Source of the DNA: a virus
Taxonomy: Duplodnaviria > Caudoviricetes
Direction: 5' to 3' (one strand)
DNA: 54,894 bases
IMG/VR virus record: IMGVR_UViG_3300031951_000204
Location: 1-54,894 of that record
The position numbers were made by a program, and so were the translations under genes. Of this stretch, positions 42,562 to 52,638 are shown one piece after another. A model generated the notes under the pieces. That model searched no databases. It saw nothing but the letters and a program-made list of their open reading frames with translations, and was not told the DNA's origin. The stretch's first letter is position 1. Each line of letters begins with the position of its first letter.

Positions 42562-44757
42562 ATGATCCAAGAACAAGTTGAGAGAATCATCGAACCGAAG
42601 GAAGGCGAGCAGCCGATACAGGACGACGGGCTTACCCCGTTGATGCCGTTTCCCACCTCCTACCTTCTCAACCGCGATCAGGAGGACGAGCTTGTGACCC
42701 ACGCCATGCGGCGGCTGGAACAGCTTGAGCGGGAAACCGGGCGCGACGTGTGCGAAGGCGAGTGGTGGGGCAAGGATGCCCAAAACATCGAGATTCGTGA
42801 CATGGAAGGCGTGGGCGGCGTGGAACAGACATGGATGGGCAAGCGCCACCTGTATGACCTCACCTACAAGAACGACGTTTCATGGCGCAGCCGTTTGCTT
42901 GGCGGAATTTTCGCCACGAGCAACCTCGTGGTGCCAGCCGTGCGCCGCGTGTGCCGCCAGATGATCGCCCGCGCGGTGAATTACTTTTTCGGGACCGATC
43001 CATGGTTTGCCATCTACCCGGTCGGGGCGCTCGACCGCGACCGCGCGGACAAGGCTGACCGCTACATCCGGTGGAAGATGGATCAGGCCAAGCTCAAGCG
43101 GAGCGAGGAACAGGGGATTGAGCGGGCGTTCATCATCGGTGAGGCCGTGGTGAAAACCTCATGGGCGAACCGGGCGCAGATTTACAAGACCCGCGCCCGC
43201 GTGCTCGTGGATGAAGTTGGCGCGGACATCCTTGGCGCGGATGGCGATTACATTCTTGAAGATGACCCATGGATTGCCGAGGCAATGGAAGACCCGGCCA
43301 CCGGGGAAATGGTCCCGTCCGGCCAGATTGTCCTCAAGCGTGACGGCGCGACCCCGCAGCCGGAGCCGATGATTTTCACGGAAAAGGTAATCACCCGCCG
43401 CATCACCCACTACAAAGGCCCGGAGGCGAAGGTGATTCACTTCATGGATTTCCTTTGCCCGCTTGAAGCGGAAAGCATCCAGCAGGCGGATTGCGTGGTG
43501 CATCTTTACGACATGCCGCTGATGGACTTGGCGGACCAGTGGAAGAAGAGCATCGACGCGGGCGCAAGCGCGGAAGTGAAAGCGGAGTCAACCCGCCGCG
43601 CCATCGACTTGATTCGCACGCTTGCATCTTCCTCCGGCCAGCCAAAAAGCGCGCAGAACTCTGACAATGTGGATGAAACCACCGGCAACGGATCGCGCGA
43701 CGAGCAGGTTCAGCCGGTCGTTGAAATCGCGGAGTTCCATCTCCGCTACGATTGCGACGGCGACGGCATCCTTGAGGATGTGATGCTCGTGGTGGACCGC
43801 CGCAGCCGTACGCCAATCTTCTACGATTACGAGGCCAATATCACCGCGGACGGCTTGCGTCCGTTCTCGGTGATCCGCGTGAACGAGGTTCCGGGCCGCT
43901 GGTATGGCATCGGTGCCATGGAAATGTTCAACACTTCCCAGCAGATTCTTGACCTCCTTATCAACCGTTGGAACTTCGCCAACTCGAAAGCCGCGCGCGT
44001 GGACTTCTGGAATCCGCACAACACGCTTGAGGGCCGCGCCAACCCGCACCTTGAGTTGAATTGGGGTGGCACCTACACCCCGGCCCCCGGCAAGACCGCC
44101 AAGGACTGCTTGGAAACCGTCTATCTGGAAAACAACACCGCCGACCAGATTCAGGAACTTGCTGAGTTCTTCATGCAGATGATGATGAATGAATCCGGAG
44201 TGATGAACGGCAACGACGGACAAACCGCCGGGCTGGAATCATCCAAACTCGCCACCGGAATCCGCAACATCGAGAAAAGCGGGCAGGAACTTTTCAGCCT
44301 CTACCTTGGACACCTTGAGCCGGGCGTGAGTGAGACGCTGACAAAGATGGTCAAGATGATGATGAGCCGCCTCGATGGCATGGAGGTCTATCGCTATTTC
44401 GAGGAAGGCGAGGGCGGCGAGGGCATGGGTGAGTTCCGCGAAATCAACCCCGGCGACATTTCCAACATGGAACTGGATACCCGTATCCTGCTTACCCGCT
44501 ACCGCGGCGAGCAGATTCTTGAATCCTCCATCCGCGCATGGGAGATTGTGGAGAAATACTATGCCCAGCCGAGCATTGACGTGCAGATGCGGACGCAAAA
44601 TATGGCAATCGACATCCTCAAGGCGCTGCAAGTTCCGAACGCGGACAAGGTGATCGAGCCGCTGCCGCTCCAAGCAATGCCCACCGGCCCGGTTGACGCC
44701 ACCGGAACCGCGCAAGCCGTCGCTCCGAAACCACGTCAATCCACCCCCAACCTATGA
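42562..44757 (+). CDS. portal protein
   Basis: 731 aa; G.AVVK and RPF......PGRWYGIG..E.....Q...D motifs; position before scaffold and MCP. Confidence 0.8.
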   Translation: MIQEQVERIIEPKEGEQPIQDDGLTPLMPFPTSYLLNRDQEDELVTHAMRRLEQLERETGRDVCEGEWWGKDAQNIEIRDMEGVGGVEQTWMGKRHLYDLTYKNDVSWRSRLLGGIFATSNLVVPAVRRVCRQMIARAVNYFFGTDPWFAIYPVGALDRDRADKADRYIRWKMDQAKLKRSEEQGIERAFIIGEAVVKTSWANRAQIYKTRARVLVDEVGADILGADGDYILEDDPWIAEAMEDPATGEMVPSGQIVLKRDGATPQPEPMIFTEKVITRRITHYKGPEAKVIHFMDFLCPLEAESIQQADCVVHLYDMPLMDLADQWKKSIDAGASAEVKAESTRRAIDLIRTLASSSGQPKSAQNSDNVDETTGNGSRDEQVQPVVEIAEFHLRYDCDGDGILEDVMLVVDRRSRTPIFYDYEANITADGLRPFSVIRVNEVPGRWYGIGAMEMFNTSQQILDLLINRWNFANSKAARVDFWNPHNTLEGRANPHLELNWGGTYTPAPGKTAKDCLETVYLENNTADQIQELAEFFMQMMMNESGVMNGNDGQTAGLESSKLATGIRNIEKSGQELFSLYLGHLEPGVSETLTKMVKMMMSRLDGMEVYRYFEEGEGGEGMGEFREINPGDISNMELDTRILLTRYRGEQILESSIRAWEIVEKYYAQPSIDVQMRTQNMAIDILKALQVPNADKVIEPLPLQAMPTGPVDATGTAQAVAPKPRQSTPNL

Positions 44758-45023
44758 CAACCGACCAAAAGGCTGAACTGATGCGAACGGCTGAAAGGGC
44801 CGTTCAAGACATGGAGTTTCTTTCCAAGTGCGACGAGTTCAAGCGGTTCATGGATCACTTCCGCAATCGCTCGGACAAACTGGCGGATGAAATCCTCCAT
44901 GGCGACATGCAGGATGATGAGCGGGAGAAGAAACGCCAGTTCCGGCTTGGAATCCTTGAGGTTCTACGCGGAATGAGCGAAATCCACGCGGCCAATTCCA
45001 TCATCCTCCGCAATCAGGGTTAA
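44754..45023 (+). CDS. small portal-adjacent protein
   Basis: ATGA-coupled to portal; helical. Confidence 0.7.
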   Translation: MTTDQKAELMRTAERAVQDMEFLSKCDEFKRFMDHFRNRSDKLADEILHGDMQDDEREKKRQFRLGILEVLRGMSEIHAANSIILRNQG

Positions 45024-45814
45024 GCTCCCGGCCCTCCGTTTGCAGGCGCTCCGGTGGCAGTATTCCATGCCGGATCGCCCGCGGAAGTTTGGTATGGAAA
45101 CCACTCGGTTGCGGTGATGGTGAGAGATGCGGATATTGTGGGATAGCCAGCTAGTCCAGCGGCCCATGCTTTGATAGGGATTGGCGTCGGAGACGATGCA
45201 AGCACAAGGTCGGCGTCAAATTCCAAAGTATCCGAGGCAACAATACTATGCAATCTTGGATCCGAACATCCAGAGACAAATGGAACGGGCGGATCGTCGG
45301 TCCCGTCGGTTCTAAAGTCAAACCAACCCTGAAGCCAGAACTTTCCGTTTTCGTCTTCAAAAATCGGAACGTGGTCAAATGTTCCAATCCAGCCGGGGAA
45401 GCCCGGACCGATACGGATCGGTGCCAGCCTGGACTTCCACCATTCATGGCTGACATTTTCAAACCAAAACGATGCCTCTGTGTTTCCGTTTTCATCAGTC
45501 CGATGGGTCTTGAACACTTCCAATTCCGTGGGCAAACCCCATTCCGGTTTTTCAAGGCGCATCAATCCGCTTCCTGTTTTGGTTACAATCGTTGGAGCGC
45601 TATCGACCGCGGCTTCGATTTCCAGCGTCCAATCCAACTGCACTACGCGATAAAGAAGTTCCACCACCGCATGCAATGGCAACGGCCCAATGAGAAATCC
45701 GGTAGGGAACTCGAGCCCGGTTTGAAGATCGGCCAAGTCCTTCCTGATGGTCAGATAAGGCCATGGATATTTGCTCCTTGATGACCTGCTTCTCCATGTG
45801 ATCCTTTGACTCAT
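45020..45814 (-). CDS. hypothetical Trp-rich beta protein (antisense in the head module)
   Basis: 264-aa ORF, lower GC, coupled to 45811-46476. Confidence 0.7.
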   Translation of the reverse strand: MSQRITWRSRSSRSKYPWPYLTIRKDLADLQTGLEFPTGFLIGPLPLHAVVELLYRVVQLDWTLEIEAAVDSAPTIVTKTGSGLMRLEKPEWGLPTELEVFKTHRTDENGNTEASFWFENVSHEWWKSRLAPIRIGPGFPGWIGTFDHVPIFEDENGKFWLQGWFDFRTDGTDDPPVPFVSGCSDPRLHSIVASDTLEFDADLVLASSPTPIPIKAWAAGLAGYPTISASLTITATEWFPYQTSAGDPAWNTATGAPANGGPGA

Positions 45815-46476
45815 AGGCTGTCCTTGTGAACTGGCGATGATTCAAAAACCCGCACGGCGGCACCGTTTAACAATCCATGAGTGAGCATTTGCGCTGTGAA
45901 AGCCGCTTGTGACGCGGTTGCCGTGTCGTCCACCTCGTCCACCTTGCCAATCAAAAGCCGCGCCTTGTTTTGTTCTCCGGAATCATTAAAGCTGACTTCA
46001 TTCGTGTTGGTCGATGCGGGCGAAATGGCGGAAAGCGTCCAGTTGCTTGGTTCCATGGCATCAATATCGCATTCAAGCACGATGAATTGCGCGCTTGAAA
46101 AGGTGTTCCATGCGTCAAACCCGGCTGCAACAATATCCGCCTCGCTGCCATTGGTCCCATCCGTGACAGAACTGCCCTCATAACCCACCAGCCATTCATG
46201 GATGCCCTCAACCGTTCGGACGAAAAGCTTGAACGGGTGATTGAAAACTCCGGCTACCTCGTCCGCAGGAACAGCCCCAAGCGTCATTGCCGGAACCATC
46301 CATTGATTGTTGAACCCGGTGATGCCGGATGGCGTTTGCACCACTTGGCGTTCAGCCCCGCGCAGGAGATTGACAATCGTGGCAAGCTCCCGCTCAAGAG
46401 CCGCTATGCGCTGTTCGGCATTGGCAAGTTCGGTTTGCAGGCGAAAAGAATCGTCCATGACGCATAGAAACTGCAT
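45811..46476 (-). CDS. hypothetical protein with N-terminal coiled coil (antisense in the head module)
   Basis: 221-aa ORF with an HPFKL motif. Confidence 0.7.
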   Translation of the reverse strand: MQFLCVMDDSFRLQTELANAEQRIAALERELATIVNLLRGAERQVVQTPSGITGFNNQWMVPAMTLGAVPADEVAGVFNHPFKLFVRTVEGIHEWLVGYEGSSVTDGTNGSEADIVAAGFDAWNTFSSAQFIVLECDIDAMEPSNWTLSAISPASTNTNEVSFNDSGEQNKARLLIGKVDEVDDTATASQAAFTAQMLTHGLLNGAAVRVFESSPVHKDSL

Positions 46477-46536
46477 TTGCAGAATTTTTGCAATTTCAAT
46501 CTTGACGAAACGTAAAGACTGACGCCCATCGTGCTC

Positions 46537-47571
46537 ATGTCAGACACAACTCAGGCGCAAGCCGACTTGCCGGACGACCAAGTGACGGTTTCCGATCCAT
46601 TGGACGCGGAAAACTCCACCAATGGTGGGATGAGTGATCTTGCAAAGTTTGAAGAGGAAATGGCCATCATGGACATGACCCCTGCTCCACAGGAACAAGG
46701 CGAAACGCCTGAGAATGGGGAAGAAGGAGAATCGACCGAGGGCCAGCCATCCGAAGAGAACGAACAGGAATCACCCGAAGAAGAATCTGACGAGCCGGAG
46801 GAATCCGAGGACGAGCCAGCAGCCAACACGTCAAACCGCTTCCGCATTCGTGCGAAAGACGACGTTGAGGCCGAGGCGCTTGCCCTGCGGAAACGCCACC
46901 CGGATTGGTCGCTTGAGAAGTGCATTGCTTCGGCAAAAGACATTTTGGGCGTCAAGCCGGAATCCGGTGAGCAACATCAGGATTCACCACAGCAAGCCGA
47001 TACGGGCGAGAGCATCGAGGCGCAACTCAAGGAACTGCGGCAAAAGCACAAAGAGGCTACAACCGCGCTGGAATTTGAGTCCGCCGCCGATATTTTTGAG
47101 CAAATCGAGGCGCTGCGCGACAAGCAAGTGGTTGTTCGCATTTCCGAAATGCAGGAGAAATCCCGCGCGGAACAGCGGCAAGCCGAGGAATACGACAGGA
47201 AATGGGACGAAAGCGAGCGACAAGCCGTGACGTTCTACCCTGCCGCCAAAGACCCCAATTCAGCACTTTCCAAAAAGATCGCGGAGTTGGATCAGCGGAT
47301 GAAAGACCTTGGCGACGACCTGTTTTTCGATCCTGAAAAGCCGTTCGTACTGGCGAAGGAAGCCGCGCGAATCCTCAAGGTTCCCATGGCTGACCCCAAA
47401 GCCGCAAAAGCGGCCAAGTCTGTTTCTTCTCCGAAAAGCCCCATCGAGCCAGCAAGCGGAAACGCTCGCACAACCCCCGTCAGCCCTACCAAGCGGCTTA
47501 ATGAGGAGTTGGATGCTCTGGACAGCCTCGACGCCTTTGAGGCGCACGTTGGCGCGATGAGCTTCGGATAA
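46537..47571 (+). CDS. capsid scaffolding protein
   Basis: Highly acidic N-terminus, coiled coil, directly before MCP. Confidence 0.75.
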   Translation: MSDTTQAQADLPDDQVTVSDPLDAENSTNGGMSDLAKFEEEMAIMDMTPAPQEQGETPENGEEGESTEGQPSEENEQESPEEESDEPEESEDEPAANTSNRFRIRAKDDVEAEALALRKRHPDWSLEKCIASAKDILGVKPESGEQHQDSPQQADTGESIEAQLKELRQKHKEATTALEFESAADIFEQIEALRDKQVVVRISEMQEKSRAEQRQAEEYDRKWDESERQAVTFYPAAKDPNSALSKKIAELDQRMKDLGDDLFFDPEKPFVLAKEAARILKVPMADPKAAKAAKSVSSPKSPIEPASGNARTTPVSPTKRLNEELDALDSLDAFEAHVGAMSFG

Positions 47572-47655
47572 CTACCTCGTTTGCCCAGCGGTGGAGATGG
47601 CGGGTTTCCCGGTCCCAAAAGGACTTAACAACCAAACCATCAACCAATTACCACC

Positions 47656-49155
47656 ATGGCATACGACATTACACCCGCGACAACGAAAACCACGTTGTAC
47701 GCACAAGACGCCGCCTCTCTCCGCCAGAAATGGCACAAGGGGGCGCTACTGGCCGAAGAAGAGGAAGATTTCTTCCAACAATTTGAAGGCAACATGCGGG
47801 CACCCATTTGGGTGCAAAACGACCTCTCCAAAGGAGACGGTGCCAAGATGACCTTCACCACCACGTCCGGATACTACGGCGAGGGCAAATACGGTGAGGA
47901 ACTCTTTGAAGGTCCGTCAGACTACGAGAAGGATGACATCGACTCGTTCGACCTCAACGTGGACTTCATCCGCAACGCGGCGTCCCGTTCCAAGCGTGCG
48001 GACGAAATCATGGGCCTCATGGACGAGCTTAAATCGCTCGTGCCCGTCAAACTTGGCAAGTGGCTGGGCCGCACCAAGCGCGACAACATCATGGGCTTGT
48101 GCGTCCTCACCCTGCCGCAAGAAAACCGGATTTATGCCGGTGGCAAAACGCTTGCAACCCTTGGCACCGCTGACGTTCTTTCATGGGACGACATCGTGAC
48201 CACGGGTGCCGCGATGAAGCCGCTCGGTGGCCTTCCGGCCAACATTTCGCGCGATGGAGCGGTGCCGATCTGGTCACAGACTTTCATCCCGTCCGAAACC
48301 GGCGCGCTTTCGCTGCGACTCGACGCGGATTACAAGTCTGTCCTGTCCAGCGGTGACGTTCGCGGTCGCGGCAACACGCTCTTCAAGGGCGGTTATCCGT
48401 CGATTGACGGCCACACTATCGTTCCCCACAACGCCCTCAACCATGCGGGCAAGGGCGCGGTTGGTTCGTTCCTCGCTCCCGAAGCCTATCTTGGCGTTTC
48501 CATCGCCGCAGGTAGCGACGCCGCGCGGGTTCTTACTGGTGGCGGCACTGACAACGCTGACAACAGCTTGACCGGAACCGGAAAACCGTTGTGGTTCAAG
48601 TATTTCGGAGGCCACGACTTCAAGTTTGTGGACACCGGAGCACTTGACGTTTCCGCATCGGCCATCGGTGACGTTGCTGGCCCGTATTACGCGATCATCT
48701 ACAACACCAGCGGCACCGATGCTGGCAAGTGGGGCTTCGTGAAATACACCACCGGCAACGATGGCAACAAGATCACCATCTTGGAGTTCCTGTGTGATAC
48801 GGGTGCGGCTGCCGCCGGAACCTATCGCAAAGGCACCGTGGGGTCTGTCACTTGGTCCGCTGGCGTCAATACTGAAAAGTGGGACTCCGGCGCGCTTATC
48901 ATCCCGGCCAACATCAAGGGAGTGCAAATCGGTCACACCCTCGCCCTTGGACGTGCTGGCATCCTCCGCGGCTACGGCTCCGCCCGTGCGCAGCGCGACA
49001 TCGAGATGGACAACGGCAACTTCATCAAGCGCGTGTTCATCATGTCGGTATTCGGTCAGGCGCTCCGCAGGGACCGCAAGAACCGCGTTCCAGCGGTGGC
49101 ATTGCTCACCCACGCCTTGAGCCGCCCCGGCATCAAACTGCCGACCGTGGCTTAA
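47656..49155 (+). CDS. major capsid protein (N4-gp56/DUF4043-like)
   Basis: NDLSKGDGAKMTF...G.G..G.E..EG...LNVDFIRNA; RGRGNTLFKG....IDG; followed by a strong hairpin. Confidence 0.8.
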   Translation: MAYDITPATTKTTLYAQDAASLRQKWHKGALLAEEEEDFFQQFEGNMRAPIWVQNDLSKGDGAKMTFTTTSGYYGEGKYGEELFEGPSDYEKDDIDSFDLNVDFIRNAASRSKRADEIMGLMDELKSLVPVKLGKWLGRTKRDNIMGLCVLTLPQENRIYAGGKTLATLGTADVLSWDDIVTTGAAMKPLGGLPANISRDGAVPIWSQTFIPSETGALSLRLDADYKSVLSSGDVRGRGNTLFKGGYPSIDGHTIVPHNALNHAGKGAVGSFLAPEAYLGVSIAAGSDAARVLTGGGTDNADNSLTGTGKPLWFKYFGGHDFKFVDTGALDVSASAIGDVAGPYYAIIYNTSGTDAGKWGFVKYTTGNDGNKITILEFLCDTGAAAAGTYRKGTVGSVTWSAGVNTEKWDSGALIIPANIKGVQIGHTLALGRAGILRGYGSARAQRDIEMDNGNFIKRVFIMSVFGQALRRDRKNRVPAVALLTHALSRPGIKLPTVA

Positions 49156-49165
49156 TCCACACCCA

Positions 49166-49210
49166 GCCGGGGGAGGCAACACCTCCCCCGGCCAACCTTT
49201 CCCCCTTTTT
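49166..49210 (+). terminator. intrinsic terminator-like hairpin after MCP
   Basis: GCCGGGGGAGG-CAACA-CCTCCCCCGGC, then a pyrimidine/T tract. Confidence 0.65.
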
Positions 49211-49212
49211 CC

Positions 49213-49665
49213 ATGAAAGCCGTATTCCGAGTTTCCAACCGTTTGCGCGCAGCCGCGCCTATCCCTCGTGATTTCCTTCCAATCCCCGGCATCGAGCATG
49301 TCGGGCTTTGCTACCAGCAACGCATCATCACCGATCCGGAAGAGTTCAACGCGACACTGGCAAGGGTTTTGGACCCGCGCTTTCAAAGCCGCGGAGCGGT
49401 GATCCAGCCATACATGCTGACCGCCTCCGACGTGGCGGGACTTTCCGCAAAGCCGGTTCCCGCTCCCGCTCCTGTTGAAGCGCCGCCCCCGGTTGAAGAA
49501 GTCGCCTCGTCCCCGAAATTCCGCACGGAAGGGGATGACATTTTCATGGGCAACGAGCGCGTGGGTGGGATTTACGAAACCGGCTTCCGCTGTGCCAAAG
49601 GTCATGCCGAACTCCGCGAGGAAATCGAGGCATGGCTCAACACCCAACCTGAATCACCACAATGA
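49213..49665 (+). CDS. hypothetical virion-associated protein
   Basis: Structural operon context. Confidence 0.6.
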   Translation: MKAVFRVSNRLRAAAPIPRDFLPIPGIEHVGLCYQQRIITDPEEFNATLARVLDPRFQSRGAVIQPYMLTASDVAGLSAKPVPAPAPVEAPPPVEEVASSPKFRTEGDDIFMGNERVGGIYETGFRCAKGHAELREEIEAWLNTQPESPQ

Positions 49666-50462
49666 GTGCTTTTTCCGATTTCCTTGAAAACGAGTTGATG
49701 GATCACATGTTCCGCAACTCGGTTTATTCCAAGCCCGCGTTGCATTTCGCCCTGTTTACCGCCGCGCCAAGCGATTCCGGCGGAGGAACGGAAGTGACTG
49801 GCGGCAGCTACGCGCGTGCCACCGTCACCAACGACAACACGGCTTTCCCGCAATGCGCGGCCACCGGCACACCGACCAAGACCAACGCGCTGGCAATTAC
49901 CTTCCCGACCGCATCGGCGGCATGGGGGACGGTCACGCATTGGGGCATTTTTGATGCTTCAACCTCTGGCAACCTGCTTGCGCATGGCGCTCTTGCCTCC
50001 ACCCGCACGATTGCAAGCGGAGATGTTCCGCGTCTTGCGGTGGGAGCCATTTCCTTGACCATGAGCAACGCCGTATCCGGCGGCTTGACGGACTTCGCCA
50101 AGCGTAAGTTGCTCGACCACGTTTTCGGCGGTCCCGCTTACACCCCTATTGCCACGCTCTACACCGGACTTGGCACGGCTCTCAGCGGCGAAACCATCAC
50201 CGAATGGGCGGACACCGCTTACACCCGCCAAGCTACCGCGTTTGACGCGGCATCCGGCGGCGCATGTATCAACGCCGATGCGGAAACCTACACGGACGGA
50301 GGCGGCGCGGATGATGTCGCCACCCTGACCCACTTCGGGGTTTGGGACGATTCCGGAGCGGGCAACCTGCTGGCCGTTGGTCCGCTGGGAGCATCCCGCT
50401 CCATCGTCGCAACCGACGCCGTGACCCTGCCTGACGGTTCTCTTTCGATTTCACTCCAATAA
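49662..50462 (+). CDS. tail/virion protein with a tandemly duplicated domain
   Basis: Two repeats of (S/T)DF....L.DH.F...YAR/YTR...THWG/THFG..D...GNLLA.G.L. Confidence 0.75.
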   Translation: MSAFSDFLENELMDHMFRNSVYSKPALHFALFTAAPSDSGGGTEVTGGSYARATVTNDNTAFPQCAATGTPTKTNALAITFPTASAAWGTVTHWGIFDASTSGNLLAHGALASTRTIASGDVPRLAVGAISLTMSNAVSGGLTDFAKRKLLDHVFGGPAYTPIATLYTGLGTALSGETITEWADTAYTRQATAFDAASGGACINADAETYTDGGGADDVATLTHFGVWDDSGAGNLLAVGPLGASRSIVATDAVTLPDGSLSISLQ

Positions 50463-50467
50463 TCTCC

Positions 50468-51448
50468 ATGGTTGATGTTGATGCCAGTTTCTCAACTTCA
50501 CTGGTTCCGGTTGTCGCAGTCACTTCCGGAACCGGGCGCATTGTAGCCGCTGGATTTTCAACCGATCTGGTGGCGCTTGTGGATTTGCAAAATGTCAGAA
50601 GCCGCACGGCATCGGCAAATTTCATTTCCTCGCTCGATGCGAATGTTTCGCTGGATGATGCCAGCGTAACCACTCGCCAGCTATCCGCCTCGCTCATTAC
50701 TTCGCTCAATGCTTCCGTGAGCCTGTCCGGAGCAAGCGACCGGCGCGGGCGGACGGTTTGCGAGCTTGTGAAAGAGTCGCTTTCCTTGTGGGGGTTCCTG
50801 TGCTCGAAAACCGCCCCGCGCTACGCGCTGGATCGCGCCATCACGGACTTGAACACGGCCATGCAAATGGTCTGGAACAATGCGGAAGGGCATGACTATT
50901 GGAGCAATGAGGCGCTGACGATTCCGCTCAACGACGGGGAAGATGAATACACGCTGCCGGACAGCGTGCAAAATGTCGTTGGCCCGTGCCGCCGGGCGGA
51001 TAACAACCGCCCGCTGACCCCGCTCAACTCCATTGGCGAGCTTGAGACGTTCGTGGACCTTTACTTGAATGGCGAAACGGCATCCGAGCCGCTTGCCTAC
51101 CATGTTGACCGCTACAAGCAAAGCGCCGACGATCCGGCCAAGTGCGTGTTCCGCGTGGTCCCGGCTGTCTCCGGTGCGACGGTCAGCTTCACGCTGGAAG
51201 TGGTGAAGGAGTGCCCGCGCTACACCGTGGACGACCTCAACACCTGTCCGCTGGTCCCGATTCCGCACCAGTATGCGGAAACCCTGCTTATCCCGATCAT
51301 CCGCTATCACGCTTCATCCTATTACCTGTTCGCCGCTGCGGATCAGACGCAAAAAGAAACCATCGACCGGGAGTATGTCCAAGCGCGCATCGCCCTTGGG
51401 CTGGCTGACCCAAACCCGGTCAAGATGAGAGAAGGGGGTGAGGTATGA
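50468..51448 (+). CDS. head-tail adaptor-like protein
   Basis: LN.AMQ...GEDEYTLP...P.AY...VPIPHQY pattern. Confidence 0.6.
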   Translation: MVDVDASFSTSLVPVVAVTSGTGRIVAAGFSTDLVALVDLQNVRSRTASANFISSLDANVSLDDASVTTRQLSASLITSLNASVSLSGASDRRGRTVCELVKESLSLWGFLCSKTAPRYALDRAITDLNTAMQMVWNNAEGHDYWSNEALTIPLNDGEDEYTLPDSVQNVVGPCRRADNNRPLTPLNSIGELETFVDLYLNGETASEPLAYHVDRYKQSADDPAKCVFRVVPAVSGATVSFTLEVVKECPRYTVDDLNTCPLVPIPHQYAETLLIPIIRYHASSYYLFAAADQTQKETIDREYVQARIALGLADPNPVKMREGGEV

Positions 51449-52305
51449 AAGCCATCGCCCTTGGGAACCGGCTGGCGCGTGACCTTGGCGGCACGTTCAC
51501 CGAAATGGATGCCGATGCACGGCTGGAAGTGCTCGATGCGATCAACGGCGGGCTGCAAAAGCTCCATGCCGTCGCCTCGCATGAATCCAAGATCACCACG
51601 GCTGGCATTTACCTCCCGGCCCCGTCCACGGTTTCGCTCGGTCTTACCAACGGCAGCGCCACGGTGACGGGACACACGTTCACCTCGGAAGACTTTTATC
51701 GCACCATCCGGATCGACGGTGATCCGATTGACAACCAAATCATTTCCGAAACTGAACTGCTGCACCCATACACCGGATCGACCGGCACGGTGGACGCGAT
51801 CATTTACAGTGATGCCGCCACCGTGCCTGAGCCATACGATGAACTTGTCGGCAACCCTTTCATCATGGAAACCCGGAGCGAGCTTTTCCCGTTCCAGCCT
51901 GTTGCCGATCCCTACTCCACCCGGCACATTTGCGAGCCTGAGCTTTACCATGTCGAGGCAAACGCCCGGAACCAAAACCCGCCAGCGCCATCGGTGATCC
52001 GGTTCAACTCATTGCCGGGAGTCGCTTACCGGCTGTCTGCAAAATTCACGCTGGCCCCGGCGCGCATCGCTTTCTCCGATTTGCTTTCGCCCGGCGCGGA
52101 TATTCCGCTGCGGGAGGAACACGTTGAACTTTACCTGTTGCCTATCGCCCGCGGCCTGCTTGCGCTTTCCGACCGATGGAAGAACCCGGACACTCGCGGG
52201 GCTGCCGCCAAGGCCGGTGAAAACGCTGTCGCTGACTACGAGGCATTGGTTCCTCACACTCTTGCCACTCCTTCAAACTTCGCCCGAACCAAACGAGGAT
52301 TCTAA
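51445..52305 (+). CDS. second adaptor/neck-like protein
   Basis: LDAINGGLQ...PELY..E...P...Y...IP pattern with a beta insertion. Confidence 0.55.
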   Translation: MKAIALGNRLARDLGGTFTEMDADARLEVLDAINGGLQKLHAVASHESKITTAGIYLPAPSTVSLGLTNGSATVTGHTFTSEDFYRTIRIDGDPIDNQIISETELLHPYTGSTGTVDAIIYSDAATVPEPYDELVGNPFIMETRSELFPFQPVADPYSTRHICEPELYHVEANARNQNPPAPSVIRFNSLPGVAYRLSAKFTLAPARIAFSDLLSPGADIPLREEHVELYLLPIARGLLALSDRWKNPDTRGAAAKAGENAVADYEALVPHTLATPSNFARTKRGF

Positions 52306-52635
52306 ATGGAAAACATCATCACCATCGAAGAACTCCCGGCTTTCATTGACGATGCAATCACCAAGGTCAATGAGGGCGTGGCGCTTGCCCGCCGCCGTGG
52401 AATCCTCGCGGAGCTTCCCAAGGAGGTTCAGTTCGACGTGTTGCTTGTCTCCAAATGGCAAGACCCGAATCACAAGGCCGTCTCCACGGAAAAAACTTCC
52501 GACAACGGAGAATCCAAGACGGTTCAAGACGGCACCAGTGTTCGCACCAGCCAAGAAAACAGCAAGCAATCAAGCAATAGCTCCAATCAAAACAACTCCG
52601 CAGGCCAGAACGCAACTTACACCTACTCCGATTGA
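52306..52635 (+). CDS. S/N/T-rich protein, N-half of a possible trypco2-like domain
   Basis: LPAFIDDAITKVNEGV...VQFDV. Confidence 0.55.
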   Translation: MENIITIEELPAFIDDAITKVNEGVALARRRGILAELPKEVQFDVLLVSKWQDPNHKAVSTEKTSDNGESKTVQDGTSVRTSQENSKQSSNSSNQNNSAGQNATYTYSD

Positions 52636-52638
52636 CCC

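Noticed and set aside
45020-46476. Invertible segment controlled by the serine recombinase
   Set aside because: No flanking inverted repeats found by eye.
26338-49647. Long antisense ORFs inside terL, the giant gene, portal and MCP
   Set aside because: Expected in high-GC coding DNA; no recognisable motifs.
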